Shown: positions 33,159 through 44,380, counted from the stretch's first letter. The stretch: DNA of 56,884 nt from Kofleriaceae bacterium (GCA_048500355.1 JASNYD010000006.1:608211-665094); one strand, 5' to 3'. Notes: a model not told the origin generated them from the letters alone. A program made the numbers and translations.

Positions 33159-33725
33159 ATGCCGGGGATGGAGTCCCACCCCGCGCTGACCCAGTTCCTG
33201 ACCGAGTTCAAGCGCGTGGCCAGCGCCATCGTCGACAGCTACTTCATCGTCGACACCGAGCGCCGCATCGTCGACTTCAACCGCGCGTTCTTCGCGATGC
33301 TGCCGCGGCAGGTGGCGCGCGGCCTCAAGGGCAAGCGCTGCTTCGAGGTCATCGAGCTCAACATCTGCCGCAGCGAGTGCATCGCCCAGCAGTGCTGGAC
33401 CGACAACCGACACGTCCGGCTCGACGAGATCAGCGGCAAGGTGCTGGGCGAGCCCGACGCCAAGGAGCTGCGCTTCATCCTGTCGGCGGTGCCGATCACC
33501 GACGAGAGCGGCCAGCACGTCGGCGCCCTCGAGATCCAGCGCAACGTCACCGACGAGGCGGTGGTCCAGGTCAAGTACCAGGAGATGCTCGAGAACGAGG
33601 CCCGCGAGCGCGAGCGCCTCGCCAACCAGATCCGCGCCCGCACCAAGGAGCTGCTCGAGACCAACCAGCTCCTGCTCAAGACCCAGAAGGAGCTCCTGTC
33701 CTACAAGAAGGGCCTCTCGGCCTGA
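33159..33725 (+). CDS. Stand-alone PAS-domain protein with 4-Cys motif and C-terminal coiled coil
   Basis: It is homologous to the N-terminal PAS of the kinase at 25767..27137 ([15 protein letters not shown] versus [15 protein letters not shown]). The Cys motif is [21 protein letters not shown]. The start may be ATG 33159 or 33168. Confidence 0.65.
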   Translation: MPGMESHPALTQFLTEFKRVASAIVDSYFIVDTERRIVDFNRAFFAMLPRQVARGLKGKRCFEVIELNICRSECIAQQCWTDNRHVRLDEISGKVLGEPDAKELRFILSAVPITDESGQHVGALEIQRNVTDEAVVQVKYQEMLENEARERERLANQIRARTKELLETNQLLLKTQKELLSYKKGLSA

Positions 33726-33747
33726 GCGCCGGGTGCCCCCCCCGGGG

Positions 33748-34695
33748 CTACTTGCCGCTGAAGAGCAGGAACGCCAGCACGCCGATGGCCGCGAGCAGCA
33801 CGACCACGAGCACGTAGATCACGGCGCTCGACTTGGGCTGGGTCAGCGCCGGGCGCTCGGCGGGGACCGGCGTGGAGAAGCTGCCGCTGCCGGGGTTGGT
33901 GCCGGGCGAGGTGAAGTTGCCCGGCCGGCTGCCCGGGTTGGTGCCCTGGAACGAGCCCACCGGGCGCATGCCGGGGTGGGTGGTGGTCGTCACCGGCGTC
34001 ATCGACGGCCGGCTGCCCGGCTTGGCGGTGATCGACGGCGAGCTGCCGCTGGGCCGCGAGATCGACGGCAAGGACGGCACGCTGGGCAACGACGACACCG
34101 ACGAGCTGTGCAGGCTCGAGGTGCCGGTGCGCGAGCGGATCTTGGACTTCTCGCCGTTGTCACCGGAGGCGAACTCCTTGATGACGCCGTTGATCTTGTC
34201 GGGCTCGGCGATCTTCTTCTGGTTCGACAGGAACGCGAAGTACGAGTCGGCCATGTCGTCGAAGTCCATGACCAGATCGCACTCGTCGCAGCGACAGGTC
34301 GGCGGCTCGTGCGGCCCCGAGCCCATGTCGGCCGCCTCGACGAGCAGCACCTTCTCCTCGTCGCACTCGGGACAGAAGTACGGGACGTAGAAGCTCTTGA
34401 CCACGCCCGACCCGGTGAAGTTGTTGACGAGGTTGATCTGGGCGACGATCGCCGGCGAGCACTCGACGAGCACCGCGCGGGTCGCCTGGGTCTCGAGCTT
34501 GCCGAGCCAGTTGACCCAGTCGCGCACGCCACACGAGTTGATGCGCTCGATCTCGCCGAGATCGATCACCGCCGTACCCGCCGGGATCTTGTCGGTCAGC
34601 GCGGTGAGCTCGTTGTCCTCGTCGATGACACCGCTCAGCTTGACGTAGCTGACGTCGTCGCGGTGGTGGACCGACGCCTGAAACTTCTGGCTCAT
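33748..34695 (-). CDS. STAS-like plus C4 zinc-ribbon protein with Ser/Pro-rich linker and C-terminal TM anchor; paralogue of 27187..27684
   Basis: GGAGACG RBS. Shared motifs with the paralogue: [38 protein letters not shown]...[15 protein letters not shown]-terminal TM: [22 protein letters not shown]. Confidence 0.7.
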   Translation of the reverse strand: MSQKFQASVHHRDDVSYVKLSGVIDEDNELTALTDKIPAGTAVIDLGEIERINSCGVRDWVNWLGKLETQATRAVLVECSPAIVAQINLVNNFTGSGVVKSFYVPYFCPECDEEKVLLVEAADMGSGPHEPPTCRCDECDLVMDFDDMADSYFAFLSNQKKIAEPDKINGVIKEFASGDNGEKSKIRSRTGTSSLHSSSVSSLPSVPSLPSISRPSGSSPSITAKPGSRPSMTPVTTTTHPGMRPVGSFQGTNPGSRPGNFTSPGTNPGSGSFSTPVPAERPALTQPKSSAVIYVLVVVLLAAIGVLAFLLFSGK

Positions 34696-34712
34696 TGCGT
34701 CTCCGTCGACAC

Positions 34713-34735
34713 GTAATTCACGTAGCCGTGATTAC
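34713..34735. promoter_or_regulatory. Inverted repeat gtaattcacg-tagc-cgtgattac in an AT-richer 140-bp spacer
   Basis: 9/10 matching arms with a 4-nt spacer, sitting 18 nt upstream of the STAS-TM gene ATG (34695) and ~100 nt downstream of the giant TPR stop. It could be an operator, or a terminator for the TPR gene. Confidence 0.3.
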
Positions 34736-34833
34736 ACCTGTACCCTAGAACCTTCAACTCGCAAAGCATATCGTGATCGCGCCAGCGGGATCCACTCCAT
34801 GGACGTCGATCGTGGCCCGTCCCCCGCCTCGTG

Positions 34834-37800
34834 TCACGCCTGGTTCGGGGCAGCGGTGAGGTAGTCGCGTAGGCGCTGGTAGTCGTCGGACAGATAGAAG
34901 CGCACCAGGTCGGCCCCGCCCAGCACCGCGCCCAGGGCCACGGTGGCGTCGTGAGACAGGAGCATCTCGCCGGTCAGGCGCGCGATCATCCAGGTGGCGG
35001 CGGCGAAGTCGTCGCAGGCGAGGAGCCCGCCGCGCTTGGCGGCGCCCAGCATGCCGTCGATCCAGGCGTCGCCGTCGACGTCGCGGCCCCAGTTCTGGTG
35101 GCGCTCGATGACCTTCTGCGCCCGCTTGGACAGCCCCTTCACGAACTCGTTGGTCGGCGCCGGCCGCTCGCCCTCGGGCAGCAGCAGCGACTTCATGAAG
35201 TTGCCGAGCTCGGATCGCTGGCGACGGCCGAGGTGGTGGAGGAAGGCGTACCCGCCCCGCAGCGCCTCGAAGGCCCAGCCGAGGAGGAAGCGGCGCGGCC
35301 CGTCGCCCTCGCCGACCAGCGACCGGTCGATCACCACCAGGCGGCGGGGCGCCGCCACCAGCGCCACCAGGCCGGGCACGCGCTCGCCCACGAAGACCTC
35401 GGCCTCGATGGCGTCGAGCCGGGCGATGTCGGCGACCGCGACCTTGAGCCCGGGGTCGTCCATGCCCTGTACCGGGATCAGGTTCTCCCCCAGCATCGGC
35501 GGCGGGTACAGGCCGCCCAGCTCGGCCGCGGCCGCCGCCAGCACCTCGCCGAACGGATCGCGCGCCGCCGTCGTCACCAGCAGCCGCATCCGCATCTCGT
35601 CGTCGAGCGCCCGCCGCATCGGGTGGTAGGGCAACGACGCCCGCACCTTGGCGGCGGCGCCGCGATCGGACTCCTCGGCGAAGCCGAGCTGCTCCATCAC
35701 CGTCAGCGCCCGCGCCGCCCGCTCCGGCTCGCCGACGCGGGTGTAGTACGACGACAGGAGGCGGTAGGCCATCGCGTTGTGGATGTCGCGATCCACGACC
35801 TTGCGCAGCTCCGAGATCGCCTTGCCCGGGTCGTCGATGGCGTAGATCTCGGCCAGCGCCACACGATCGGGCGGGCTGTCGTCGACGCCCAGGATGCCGC
35901 GGTAGGCCTCGATCGCCGCCGGCCGGTCGCCGGACGCGAGGAGGATGCGGGCCAGGCCGCGCTGCAGCGGCACCGCCGCCGGCGGCCCGCCCTTCTCCAT
36001 CGCGGCGTGGGCGGCGTCGATGAGCAGGCCCTCGGCGCCGCGCTGGTCGCCGGCCTCGGCGGCGCGCCGCGCCAGGGCCAGGGCCGGCGGCGCGTAGCCC
36101 GGATCGTACTCGCTGGCCCGGCGGTACTGCGAGGTCGCGCCGCGAGGATCGCCCGAGGTCTCGGTGATGCGCCCGCGGTAGTAGTAGTAGCGGGCCAGGT
36201 TCTCGGGCGAGATCGCCGAGCCCGGCGCCGCCGCCAGCTCGATCACGCGATCGATCGCCGCCCGGGCGTCGGCGTGGCGCCCCAGCAGGTAGTGCTCCTG
36301 GGCCAGGCGGTAGTAGGCCTCCTCGTGGATCGGGTCGATGCGGATGACCTCGCGCAGGACCGAGATCGCGCGGTGGGGCTCCATCTCGCAGTCGGCGTGG
36401 ATCTCGGCCTGCCGCATGAGCGCGCCGACGCGCACCGCCTGCGACACGTCGCTGTGGTTCAGGAACTTGACGATGGCGTCGACCGCGTGGCTCCACCGCC
36501 GCATGTTGAGGTGGAGCGTGATCATCGCCGACAGCACCTCGAAGTCGTCGGGCGCCAGCGCCACCGCCTCGGCGTAGAGCTGCTGGGCCTGATCGAGGTC
36601 GCCCTCGCGCTCCTTCATGCCGGCCTGGGCGACGCGGACCCGGGCCAGGAAGGGCCCGGCGTCGTCGCGCTTCTTGTAGAGCTTGTCGAGCTCGCGGTAG
36701 ATCGCGTCGAAGTCCCAGGCCTCGGGGTGCTTGCGCTGCAGGTCGAGCAGGCCGTCGAGGGCCGACAGGTTGTTGGGCTTGATCTCGAGGGCGACGATCA
36801 GGCTCTCGGCGGCGCCGCGGGCGTCGCCGGTCATGTGGGCGACCACGCCGCGCCGGCGATAGAACTCGCTGCGGGTGTTGGGATCGCCCTCGCGCATGGC
36901 CTTGACCGCCAGCGCCTGGGCCAGGGGCAGCGCCCGCTGCCACTCCCCGGCGTCGAAGTAGTGCTCGAACAGGGCCTGGTTGGCGGGCAGGCACTCGGGA
37001 TCGACGGCGAGCGCGCTCTCGTAGTAGTGCATCGCCCGGTCGGGCTGGCCGAGGCGCGACTCGTAGATGCGGCCGATCTGGGCGAAGACGCCGGCCCGCT
37101 CCTTGTCGTCCTGCCACAGCTTGACCTCGAGCTCGAGGGTCTGGATGACCCGCGGCCAGTCCTCGCGCCGGCGGTAGAGGTCGCGCAGGCCGTGGACCGC
37201 CGGCAGGCACGAGGGCGAGGTCTTGATCGCCGCGTCGTAGTAGCGGATCGCGTCCTCCTCCTTGCCGAACTTGGCCTCCATCACCGAGCCGCACTTGAAG
37301 TAGAGCAGCGCCTTGAGGTTGCGATCGGTGGTGACCCGGATCTGGCGGCGGGTGACGTCGACGAACTCGGCCCACTGCTCCGTCGACTCGTAGATGCGGC
37401 CCAGGGCCTCGAGCGCCTCCTTGTTGGCGGGCGCGATCTCGAGGATGCGCTGGTAGTGCTCGACCGCGCGCGACTCGTCGCGCAGGCCCTCCTCGCTGAT
37501 CTGGGCGATGCGCTTGTGCAGGGTGGTCGCGGCGTCGCCGGCGGGGGCGGTGGCCAGGCGGTGGCGCAGGACCTCGACCAGCTTGCCCCAGTCGTGGTTG
37601 CGCTCGTACCAGCGCTCGAGCGCGTCGAGGGCCTCGACGTCGGACGGATCGATGTCGAGGATGTGCTGGTAGAGGCGGGCGGCCTCGCCGAAGTCGCGCA
37701 TCTTGGCGGCGGCGACCCGGGCGGCGCGGCGCAGCGACTCGAGGCGGCGCTCGTCGTCGCGGGTCAGGCCGGCCCGCTTCTCGTAGACCCCGATGAGCCC

Positions 37801-40800
37801 GCTCCAGTCGCTCTTCTGCGAGAAGATCGACTCCAGGAACTTCACGCTGGTGTCGTTCTCGGGATCGATCTCGACGACCTTGACGTAGGACTGGGCCGCG
37901 GCGTCGAGCTCCCCCAGGTACTGGAGCTGGACCTGGCCGCGGCGGGCGTAGAGGTCGCCCAGGCGGTAGGCCCGCGACGCGCCGCTCTCCACCAGGTCGA
38001 TCGCGCTCTGGTAGAGCTTCATCGCCGACGCCCAGCGCTCGTGCTTGTAGCAGAGCTTCTCGAGCGAGGTGAAGACCTCGCGGTTGGCGGGGTCGGCGAG
38101 GAACGACGCGGTGAAGGCGGCGATCGCGCCGTCGGGGTCGCCGCGGTTCTGCTTGACCTGGGCGATGCGCCCGTAGAGCTGGGCCCGCTCCAGCTTGTCG
38201 ATCGTCGAGTCGGCGCGGGCCTCCAGCACCCGCATCAGATCCTTGTCGCGGCCGAGCCGCTCGTACAGCCGCTCGAGGGCCTCGAGCGCAGGCACGTACT
38301 GGGGGCGGCGCTCGAGGATCGACTCGTAGGCGAGCGCGGCGTCGGCGGGCTTGGCCAGCTTCTCCTCGCGGAGCTGGCCGAGCCGGGTCAGGATCGCGAG
38401 CTGGGCGTCGACGTTGCCCGCCGGCGCCGCCGCCAGCTCGCGCTCGAGCGCGCCGGCCAGGTCGGCCCAGCGCTCGGTGCGCTCGAGCAGCCGGGTCAGG
38501 TCGCGGTGGCTGTCGGTGCTGGCGCTGCCCTGGGCCGCGAGCTGGTGGAAGCGGATCGCGGTCTCGACGTCGCCGAGCTTGTCCTCGGCCATGCGCGCCA
38601 GCGACGCCGCCAGCCGCGGCCGCTCGGCGGCCGGGGTCAGCTCGATCTCGGCCTGCCGGATCTCGGCCAGCTCGGTCCACTCGCCCAGGCGCTCGAGGGC
38701 CTCGGCCAGGACCCGCAGGTTGGCCAGGGTCCGCGGCGCGCGCCGGTAGGCGATCGCCAGCTCGCGCCAGCGATCGTGGCCGCGGGCGACGCGGTCGACC
38801 CCGGCCAGGGCGGCGGCGTCGGCGGCGTCGATCGAGAGCGCGTCGTCGTAGGCGGCGAGCGCCCGCTCGGGGTCGCGCCCGTCCTCGTACAGCTTGCCGG
38901 CCTCGAGCTGGATGGCGAGGCGCCGCGACGGCTCGACGCCGCGGGTCAGCTCCTGCTCGAGCAGCGCCAGCAGGCGATCGTTGCGGCGGGCCCGGCGGTG
39001 GAGCTGCTGCAGGGCGCGCAGCGGCTCGACGGCGCGATCGTCGGCGCGCGCGGCGCGCTCGTAGGCGGCCAGGGCCGCGGCGTCGTCGTTGCGCCGGGTC
39101 TCCTCGAGCTGGCCGATCTCCAGGTACATCTGGGCCTGGCGGCGGACGTCCTTGACCAGCTCGGCGACGCGGGCCCGTAGCTCGATCGCCTTGTCCCATT
39201 GCCGGCCGTGCTCGCACAGCCGCGCCAGCTCGTAGGTGACGTCGGGGTCGTCGGGCCGCAGGGTCTGGGCCTGCTCGAGCACGGCGCGGGCGCGCCGGGT
39301 GTCGCTGATGTGCTCGGCCAGGATCTTGCCGTGCTCGCGCAGGAGCACCAGCTTGAGCTCCTCGGAGGTGCACAGCGCGGTGAGATCGGACAGCGTGCTC
39401 GACAGCTCGCGCCAGCGCTCGGCCTTGCGGTAGATCGCGGCCAGCGCGCCCTTGGCCGCGGGATCCTGCGGCGCCTGGCGCGAGGCCTGGAGAAGGAGCT
39501 CCTCCGCCTCCAGCGGCCGGGCGCGCGCGAGCTCGAGGGCGCCGGCGGCGAACAGGAGCGCGGTGGCGGCGCGGCGGTCGCGGGCCGACTGCGCCGCCGC
39601 CCGGTAGATCTCGCCGAGCTGGGCGCGGTCGCGCTGGCGACGGGCGAGGCGCGCGAGGTGGTCGAGCTCGCTCTGGCGCGCCGGACCGGGAGCGCGCTCC
39701 GACGACGCGACCTTGAGCAGCTCGAGGGCGCGGGCGACGTCGCCCAGCCGGGCCTCGATGACCAGCGCCGCCCGCCGGTTGCCGGCCCGGGCGCCGTCCT
39801 TGGCCTGGGCCAGGAGGTGGCCGACCAGGGCCTCGGGCTCGCCGGCGCGCAGGCGCTCGAGCGTGAGCAGGCCGCTGGCCGTCCGGGCACCGGACGTCGC
39901 GAGCTGGGCCAGCTCGCCGGCCATGGCCAGCCCGTGGGCGTCGGCGATCTCGAGGGCGCGCCAGGCGTGGGCCGCGGACAGGCCGCCGGCGGCCTGCGAC
40001 TCGGCGAGGCCACGGCGCGCGGTCACGGCGTCGCCCCAGCGGCTGGCGCGGTGGCCGACCCGGGCCATGGCCAGCCGCGCCAGCACCGGGCCGTAGCCCT
40101 CGTCGCCGGCGGCCGAGGCGTAGCCGGAGACCGCGGCGCCCAGGTCGCCGGCGGCGAGCCGGGCGTCGGCGAGGGCGTGGCGGGTGGCGGCCTCCTCGCG
40201 GCGGGCCCCGGCGTCGGCCTCGAGCAGCTCGAGGCGGCGCTCGTGCAGCGCGGCCACGGCCGCGACGTCGGCGCCCCCGGGCAGGCGCTGGGCGGCGTCG
40301 AGGGCGAGGTCGATCGCGCGCAGCCAGTGCACCGGCGCGCCGCGGCCGCGCTCGGGGCGGGCCAGGGCGGCCTGGACGATGGCGAGGGCGCCGGCGGCGT
40401 CGCCGAGGCGGTCGAGCCGCACGGCGGCCGCGTCGCACGCGTCCTCGGGCAACGCGCCGGGCGCCGCCGCCGCCGCCGCCAGCGCGGTCGCCAGCTCGCC
40501 CCACTGCCCGGCGCCGGCGCGGGCCAGGGTGCCGAGCGCGCGCATCTCGGCCGCGATCTCGGGGTCACCGCTGACCTCGCCGCCGGCGGACGCCACCACC
40601 GCCGCCGCCCGGACCGGATCGCCGAGCGAGTACAGCCAGGCCTCGACCAGGTCCCGGGTGAGGTGGGCGCGCTCGCGGGCATCGGCGAGCGCGCCGATCA
40701 TGCGGCCCGCGGTCTCGAGCGCCTTGGGATCGGGCGCGGCGATGCCGTGCGACACCAGGAGGCGGGCCGCCAGCGGGTGCTTCTCGGCCAGCTCGAGGTA

Positions 40801-41265
40801 GCGGGCGGCGTCCTCGGGATCGTCGAGGATGTCGGCGGTGATGAGCGAGAGCCGGACGTTGATGTCGGCGAGCCGCTCGTCGGCCTCGGCGCCGCCGCTG
40901 AGGAGCGCCTCGGCCTCCGCCGCGAGCAGCTCGACCACCGAGTCGATCAGCGCCGCCGAGCCCGCGCCCATCACCCGCCGGGTCAGGTCGCCGGTCGAGT
41001 CGTCGTCGGGCGGCGGCTCGGCCGCGGCCCGCGGCGGCGGCGGCGCAGGCGCGGGCGGCGCGACCACCGCGGCCGGGGCCGGGGTCCCGGTCGCCGGCGG
41101 CGCCACGCGCGGCGGCGCGGGCGGGACGGGCAACGACGGCAGCGCCCCCTCGGCGGTGCGTCGAGGCAGCGCCGGCAGCGGTGGCGGCCGCGGCGGGCGG
41201 TCACCCGAGGGGGGTTCGGCCATCGCAAGTATCGTATCAGTGGTCCTCTCCGCTTCGCCACTCAC
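34834..41265 (-). CDS. Giant TPR-repeat protein (2143 aa), Pro-rich N-terminus
   Basis: One uninterrupted ORF with high third-position GC. The N-terminal ~100 aa are Pro/Ala-rich and precede tens of TPR-like helical hairpins. It is divergent from 41400..42338. Confidence 0.85.
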   Translation of the reverse strand: MSGEAERTTDTILAMAEPPSGDRPPRPPPLPALPRRTAEGALPSLPVPPAPPRVAPPATGTPAPAAVVAPPAPAPPPPRAAAEPPPDDDSTGDLTRRVMGAGSAALIDSVVELLAAEAEALLSGGAEADERLADINVRLSLITADILDDPEDAARYLELAEKHPLAARLLVSHGIAAPDPKALETAGRMIGALADARERAHLTRDLVEAWLYSLGDPVRAAAVVASAGGEVSGDPEIAAEMRALGTLARAGAGQWGELATALAAAAAAPGALPEDACDAAAVRLDRLGDAAGALAIVQAALARPERGRGAPVHWLRAIDLALDAAQRLPGGADVAAVAALHERRLELLEADAGARREEAATRHALADARLAAGDLGAAVSGYASAAGDEGYGPVLARLAMARVGHRASRWGDAVTARRGLAESQAAGGLSAAHAWRALEIADAHGLAMAGELAQLATSGARTASGLLTLERLRAGEPEALVGHLLAQAKDGARAGNRRAALVIEARLGDVARALELLKVASSERAPGPARQSELDHLARLARRQRDRAQLGEIYRAAAQSARDRRAATALLFAAGALELARARPLEAEELLLQASRQAPQDPAAKGALAAIYRKAERWRELSSTLSDLTALCTSEELKLVLLREHGKILAEHISDTRRARAVLEQAQTLRPDDPDVTYELARLCEHGRQWDKAIELRARVAELVKDVRRQAQMYLEIGQLEETRRNDDAAALAAYERAARADDRAVEPLRALQQLHRRARRNDRLLALLEQELTRGVEPSRRLAIQLEAGKLYEDGRDPERALAAYDDALSIDAADAAALAGVDRVARGHDRWRELAIAYRRAPRTLANLRVLAEALERLGEWTELAEIRQAEIELTPAAERPRLAASLARMAEDKLGDVETAIRFHQLAAQGSASTDSHRDLTRLLERTERWADLAGALERELAAAPAGNVDAQLAILTRLGQLREEKLAKPADAALAYESILERRPQYVPALEALERLYERLGRDKDLMRVLEARADSTIDKLERAQLYGRIAQVKQNRGDPDGAIAAFTASFLADPANREVFTSLEKLCYKHERWASAMKLYQSAIDLVESGASRAYRLGDLYARRGQVQLQYLGELDAAAQSYVKVVEIDPENDTSVKFLESIFSQKSDWSGLIGVYEKRAGLTRDDERRLESLRRAARVAAAKMRDFGEAARLYQHILDIDPSDVEALDALERWYERNHDWGKLVEVLRHRLATAPAGDAATTLHKRIAQISEEGLRDESRAVEHYQRILEIAPANKEALEALGRIYESTEQWAEFVDVTRRQIRVTTDRNLKALLYFKCGSVMEAKFGKEEDAIRYYDAAIKTSPSCLPAVHGLRDLYRRREDWPRVIQTLELEVKLWQDDKERAGVFAQIGRIYESRLGQPDRAMHYYESALAVDPECLPANQALFEHYFDAGEWQRALPLAQALAVKAMREGDPNTRSEFYRRRGVVAHMTGDARGAAESLIVALEIKPNNLSALDGLLDLQRKHPEAWDFDAIYRELDKLYKKRDDAGPFLARVRVAQAGMKEREGDLDQAQQLYAEAVALAPDDFEVLSAMITLHLNMRRWSHAVDAIVKFLNHSDVSQAVRVGALMRQAEIHADCEMEPHRAISVLREVIRIDPIHEEAYYRLAQEHYLLGRHADARAAIDRVIELAAAPGSAISPENLARYYYYRGRITETSGDPRGATSQYRRASEYDPGYAPPALALARRAAEAGDQRGAEGLLIDAAHAAMEKGGPPAAVPLQRGLARILLASGDRPAAIEAYRGILGVDDSPPDRVALAEIYAIDDPGKAISELRKVVDRDIHNAMAYRLLSSYYTRVGEPERAARALTVMEQLGFAEESDRGAAAKVRASLPYHPMRRALDDEMRMRLLVTTAARDPFGEVLAAAAAELGGLYPPPMLGENLIPVQGMDDPGLKVAVADIARLDAIEAEVFVGERVPGLVALVAAPRRLVVIDRSLVGEGDGPRRFLLGWAFEALRGGYAFLHHLGRRQRSELGNFMKSLLLPEGERPAPTNEFVKGLSKRAQKVIERHQNWGRDVDGDAWIDGMLGAAKRGGLLACDDFAAATWMIARLTGEMLLSHDATVALGAVLGGADLVRFYLSDDYQRLRDYLTAAPNQA

Positions 41266-41399
41266 CCCGGAGCGGTGTCGGGGAACGGAGGATGGTGCGA
41301 GGGGGCCCCCGGCGCGCGCACCCGCCGCCGCCGCCGCTACCCCGCCGGCTCCCGGCCAGGGTTTGACCGTCGCGATCGGCGTACCGTATCCTGGAGGCG

Positions 41400-42338
41400 A
41401 TGGTGGCCCCCACGCGCGCCGTGTGCGTCACCTCCAGCGTCGCGTTGCGGCGGACCCTGCGCCGCGCCTTCCACGCCACCGGGACCCAGGTCGAGTTCGC
41501 CGACGCCGTCGGCGGCGCCGATCCCGCGGACGCCGTCGTCGTGATCGATCAGCCGACCTACGCCGGCCTCGCCGACGCCGACCGCGCCACCCTGGAGCGC
41601 GGCCGCGCGCTCATCGTCATGGGCGCGTCGCTCGAGGACGAGGCGGTGCTCGACGCCATGCGCCGGGAGCGCTGGAACCACGTCATCCGCGAGGCCGAGG
41701 ACCCCGACGACGACGAGCTCGTCGTCACCTCGGTCAAGCTGTCGTCGGGCGACATCTTCGGGCTCGAGAAGTACCTGGCGTGGGGCGTGAAGGTGAACGA
41801 GGCCACGATCGACACCTACGAGGCCAAGCGCGAGGCGCTGCTCGCGGTCACCGCCTCGGCCCGCGACGGCGGCGCCCGCCGCCCCACGATCGCGCGCATC
41901 GAGAGCGTCGTCGACGAGCTGCTGATGAACGCGATGTACGATGCGCCTGCGGTGGCCACCGGCAAGGCCGTGCCCACCCCGCGCCGCATCACCGACCCGG
42001 TCGGCGACGCCGAGGCCCGCCTGCGCTGGGCCGCGGACGGTCGCTACTTCGCGGTCTCGGTCGAGGACCGCTACGGCGCGCTGGCCAAGGACGTCATCCT
42101 CGACCACCTGCTGCGCGCCCGCCAGGAGCGCGGGCGGCCGCGCGCCCCCGACGCCCCCGGCGCCAGCGGCGGCGCCGGCCTCGGCCTCTACTTCATCCTG
42201 TCGTCGGTGACGCGCTTCATCGCCAACCTCGATCCCGGCGTCCGCACCGAGGTCATCTGCCTGTTCGACCTCAAGCAGGGCGGCCGCGACGCCGACGCCT
42301 GCGCCCGCTCGCTGCACGTCTTCGGTCCGCGCGCGTGA
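41400..42338 (+). CDS. RsbW/SpoIIAB-like GHKL ATPase (HATPase_c_2-type anti-sigma regulatory factor or Ser kinase) with N-terminal receiver-like pseudo-domain
   Basis: GGAGG RBS. N-box-like ESVVDELLMNAMYDA. G2-like GGAGLGLYFILSS. The N-terminus has REC-like alternation (AVVVIDQ) but lacks the acidic pocket. Confidence 0.6.
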   Translation: MVAPTRAVCVTSSVALRRTLRRAFHATGTQVEFADAVGGADPADAVVVIDQPTYAGLADADRATLERGRALIVMGASLEDEAVLDAMRRERWNHVIREAEDPDDDELVVTSVKLSSGDIFGLEKYLAWGVKVNEATIDTYEAKREALLAVTASARDGGARRPTIARIESVVDELLMNAMYDAPAVATGKAVPTPRRITDPVGDAEARLRWAADGRYFAVSVEDRYGALAKDVILDHLLRARQERGRPRAPDAPGASGGAGLGLYFILSSVTRFIANLDPGVRTEVICLFDLKQGGRDADACARSLHVFGPRA

Positions 42339-42386
42339 GGGACCCACACGCGCGGCGCCGGCGGGCGGACGCCGACGTCGCCGACG

Positions 42387-43636
42387 TCAGCGCCCGAGGC
42401 GACCCAGCAGCGCGCCGGCGGTCGCGGCGATCGCGGCGGTCACCGCGGCGGCGAGCGGCCGCGCCGACAGGGCGGCGGCGATCGCGGCCGGCGCCGCGAG
42501 GAAGAGGGCGACCCAGGTCGCGACGTAGGCGGTGCGCGCGGCGGCGACGCTGGCGGCGGTCACCGGCAGGGTGGCGGTGAGGCGCGGCAGCTCGAGCGGT
42601 GGGCGGGCCAGCGCCCGCGACAGCCAGCCGGCGAGGAAGCCGAGGGCGGCCGCGGTCACCCCCAGCCACGCCACCAGCTCGGCGGGGGCGGCCAGCCCGA
42701 CGACGATCAGGGTCGCGCCGCCGGCGGCGCCGGCGAAGACCACCAGCGGGTAGCGGCGACGGACCAGGCGCGCCAGCCGGTCGTGGATCGGCGCCGCCGG
42801 CCCCAGCCGGTCGCGGACCACGCGCTCGAGCGCGGTCGGCGGGTGGATCTCGAGGTGGGCGTGGATCTGGCGATCGAGGGCGGCGACCTCGCGCATGGCC
42901 AGGGGATAGACGCGGGCGGCGGCGGCGGTCGCCCAGGCCCCGGCGGCGAGCGCGACGACGACGACGACGCCCAGGCCGATGGGGCCGGCCAGGCCGCCGC
43001 CGTCCCCGAGCCACGGCGCGCCGTAGATCGCGGCGAGCACCACGCCCGCGATCGCGGTGGCGGGCAGGCCGCCGAGCCAGGTCGTCGTCGGCAGCGCGAC
43101 CTCGCCGCCGCTCACCGCCGCGGCCAGGCCGCGGGCCTTGCCGGTCGCCACCAGGTCGGCCGCCGCCAGGCACACCGCCGGCACCAGCGCGATCGCGGCC
43201 ACCGCCATGGTCGCCGCCAGCGCGGCCGCGCGCGCCGCGGTCGTCACGTTGACGGCGGCGATCAGGCCCAGGGTCGGCGCGACCACCACCGCGCTGCGGC
43301 CGGCGGCCCGCGCCGCCCGCGCGACCGCGACGTACCACAGCGCGCGGCCGTCGACGGGCAGACGGGCCAGGAGCGCGGCGTCGCGGCGCCAGAACATGCG
43401 GTAGGGCGCGCCGAACATCGCCGGCACGAACGCCGCCAGCAGCACCGCGACCACCAGCGTCGTCCCCGGCAGCGCGCGCGCGCCCTCGAACCAGCCGGCG
43501 CGGCGCGCGACCTCGGCGGCGATCGCCAGGCCGAGGCCGCCGGCGACCAGCCAGGCCGACGCGCCGCCGCGCCGACGCGCCTCCAGATCGCCCCAGGCCA
43601 GGAGCTCGCGGCCCGTGAGCCCGCTCGACCCGCGCA

Positions 43637-43637
<1 letters not shown>
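42387..43637 (-). CDS. Polytopic membrane protein, putative ABC exporter permease partner
   Basis: Internal ATG (aa 117 of ORF 42387..43985) overlaps the ATPase stop in an ATGA junction. It has ~10 hydrophobic helices. Upstream ORF sequence is Arg-rich noise. Confidence 0.65.
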
Positions 43638-44380
<743 letters not shown>

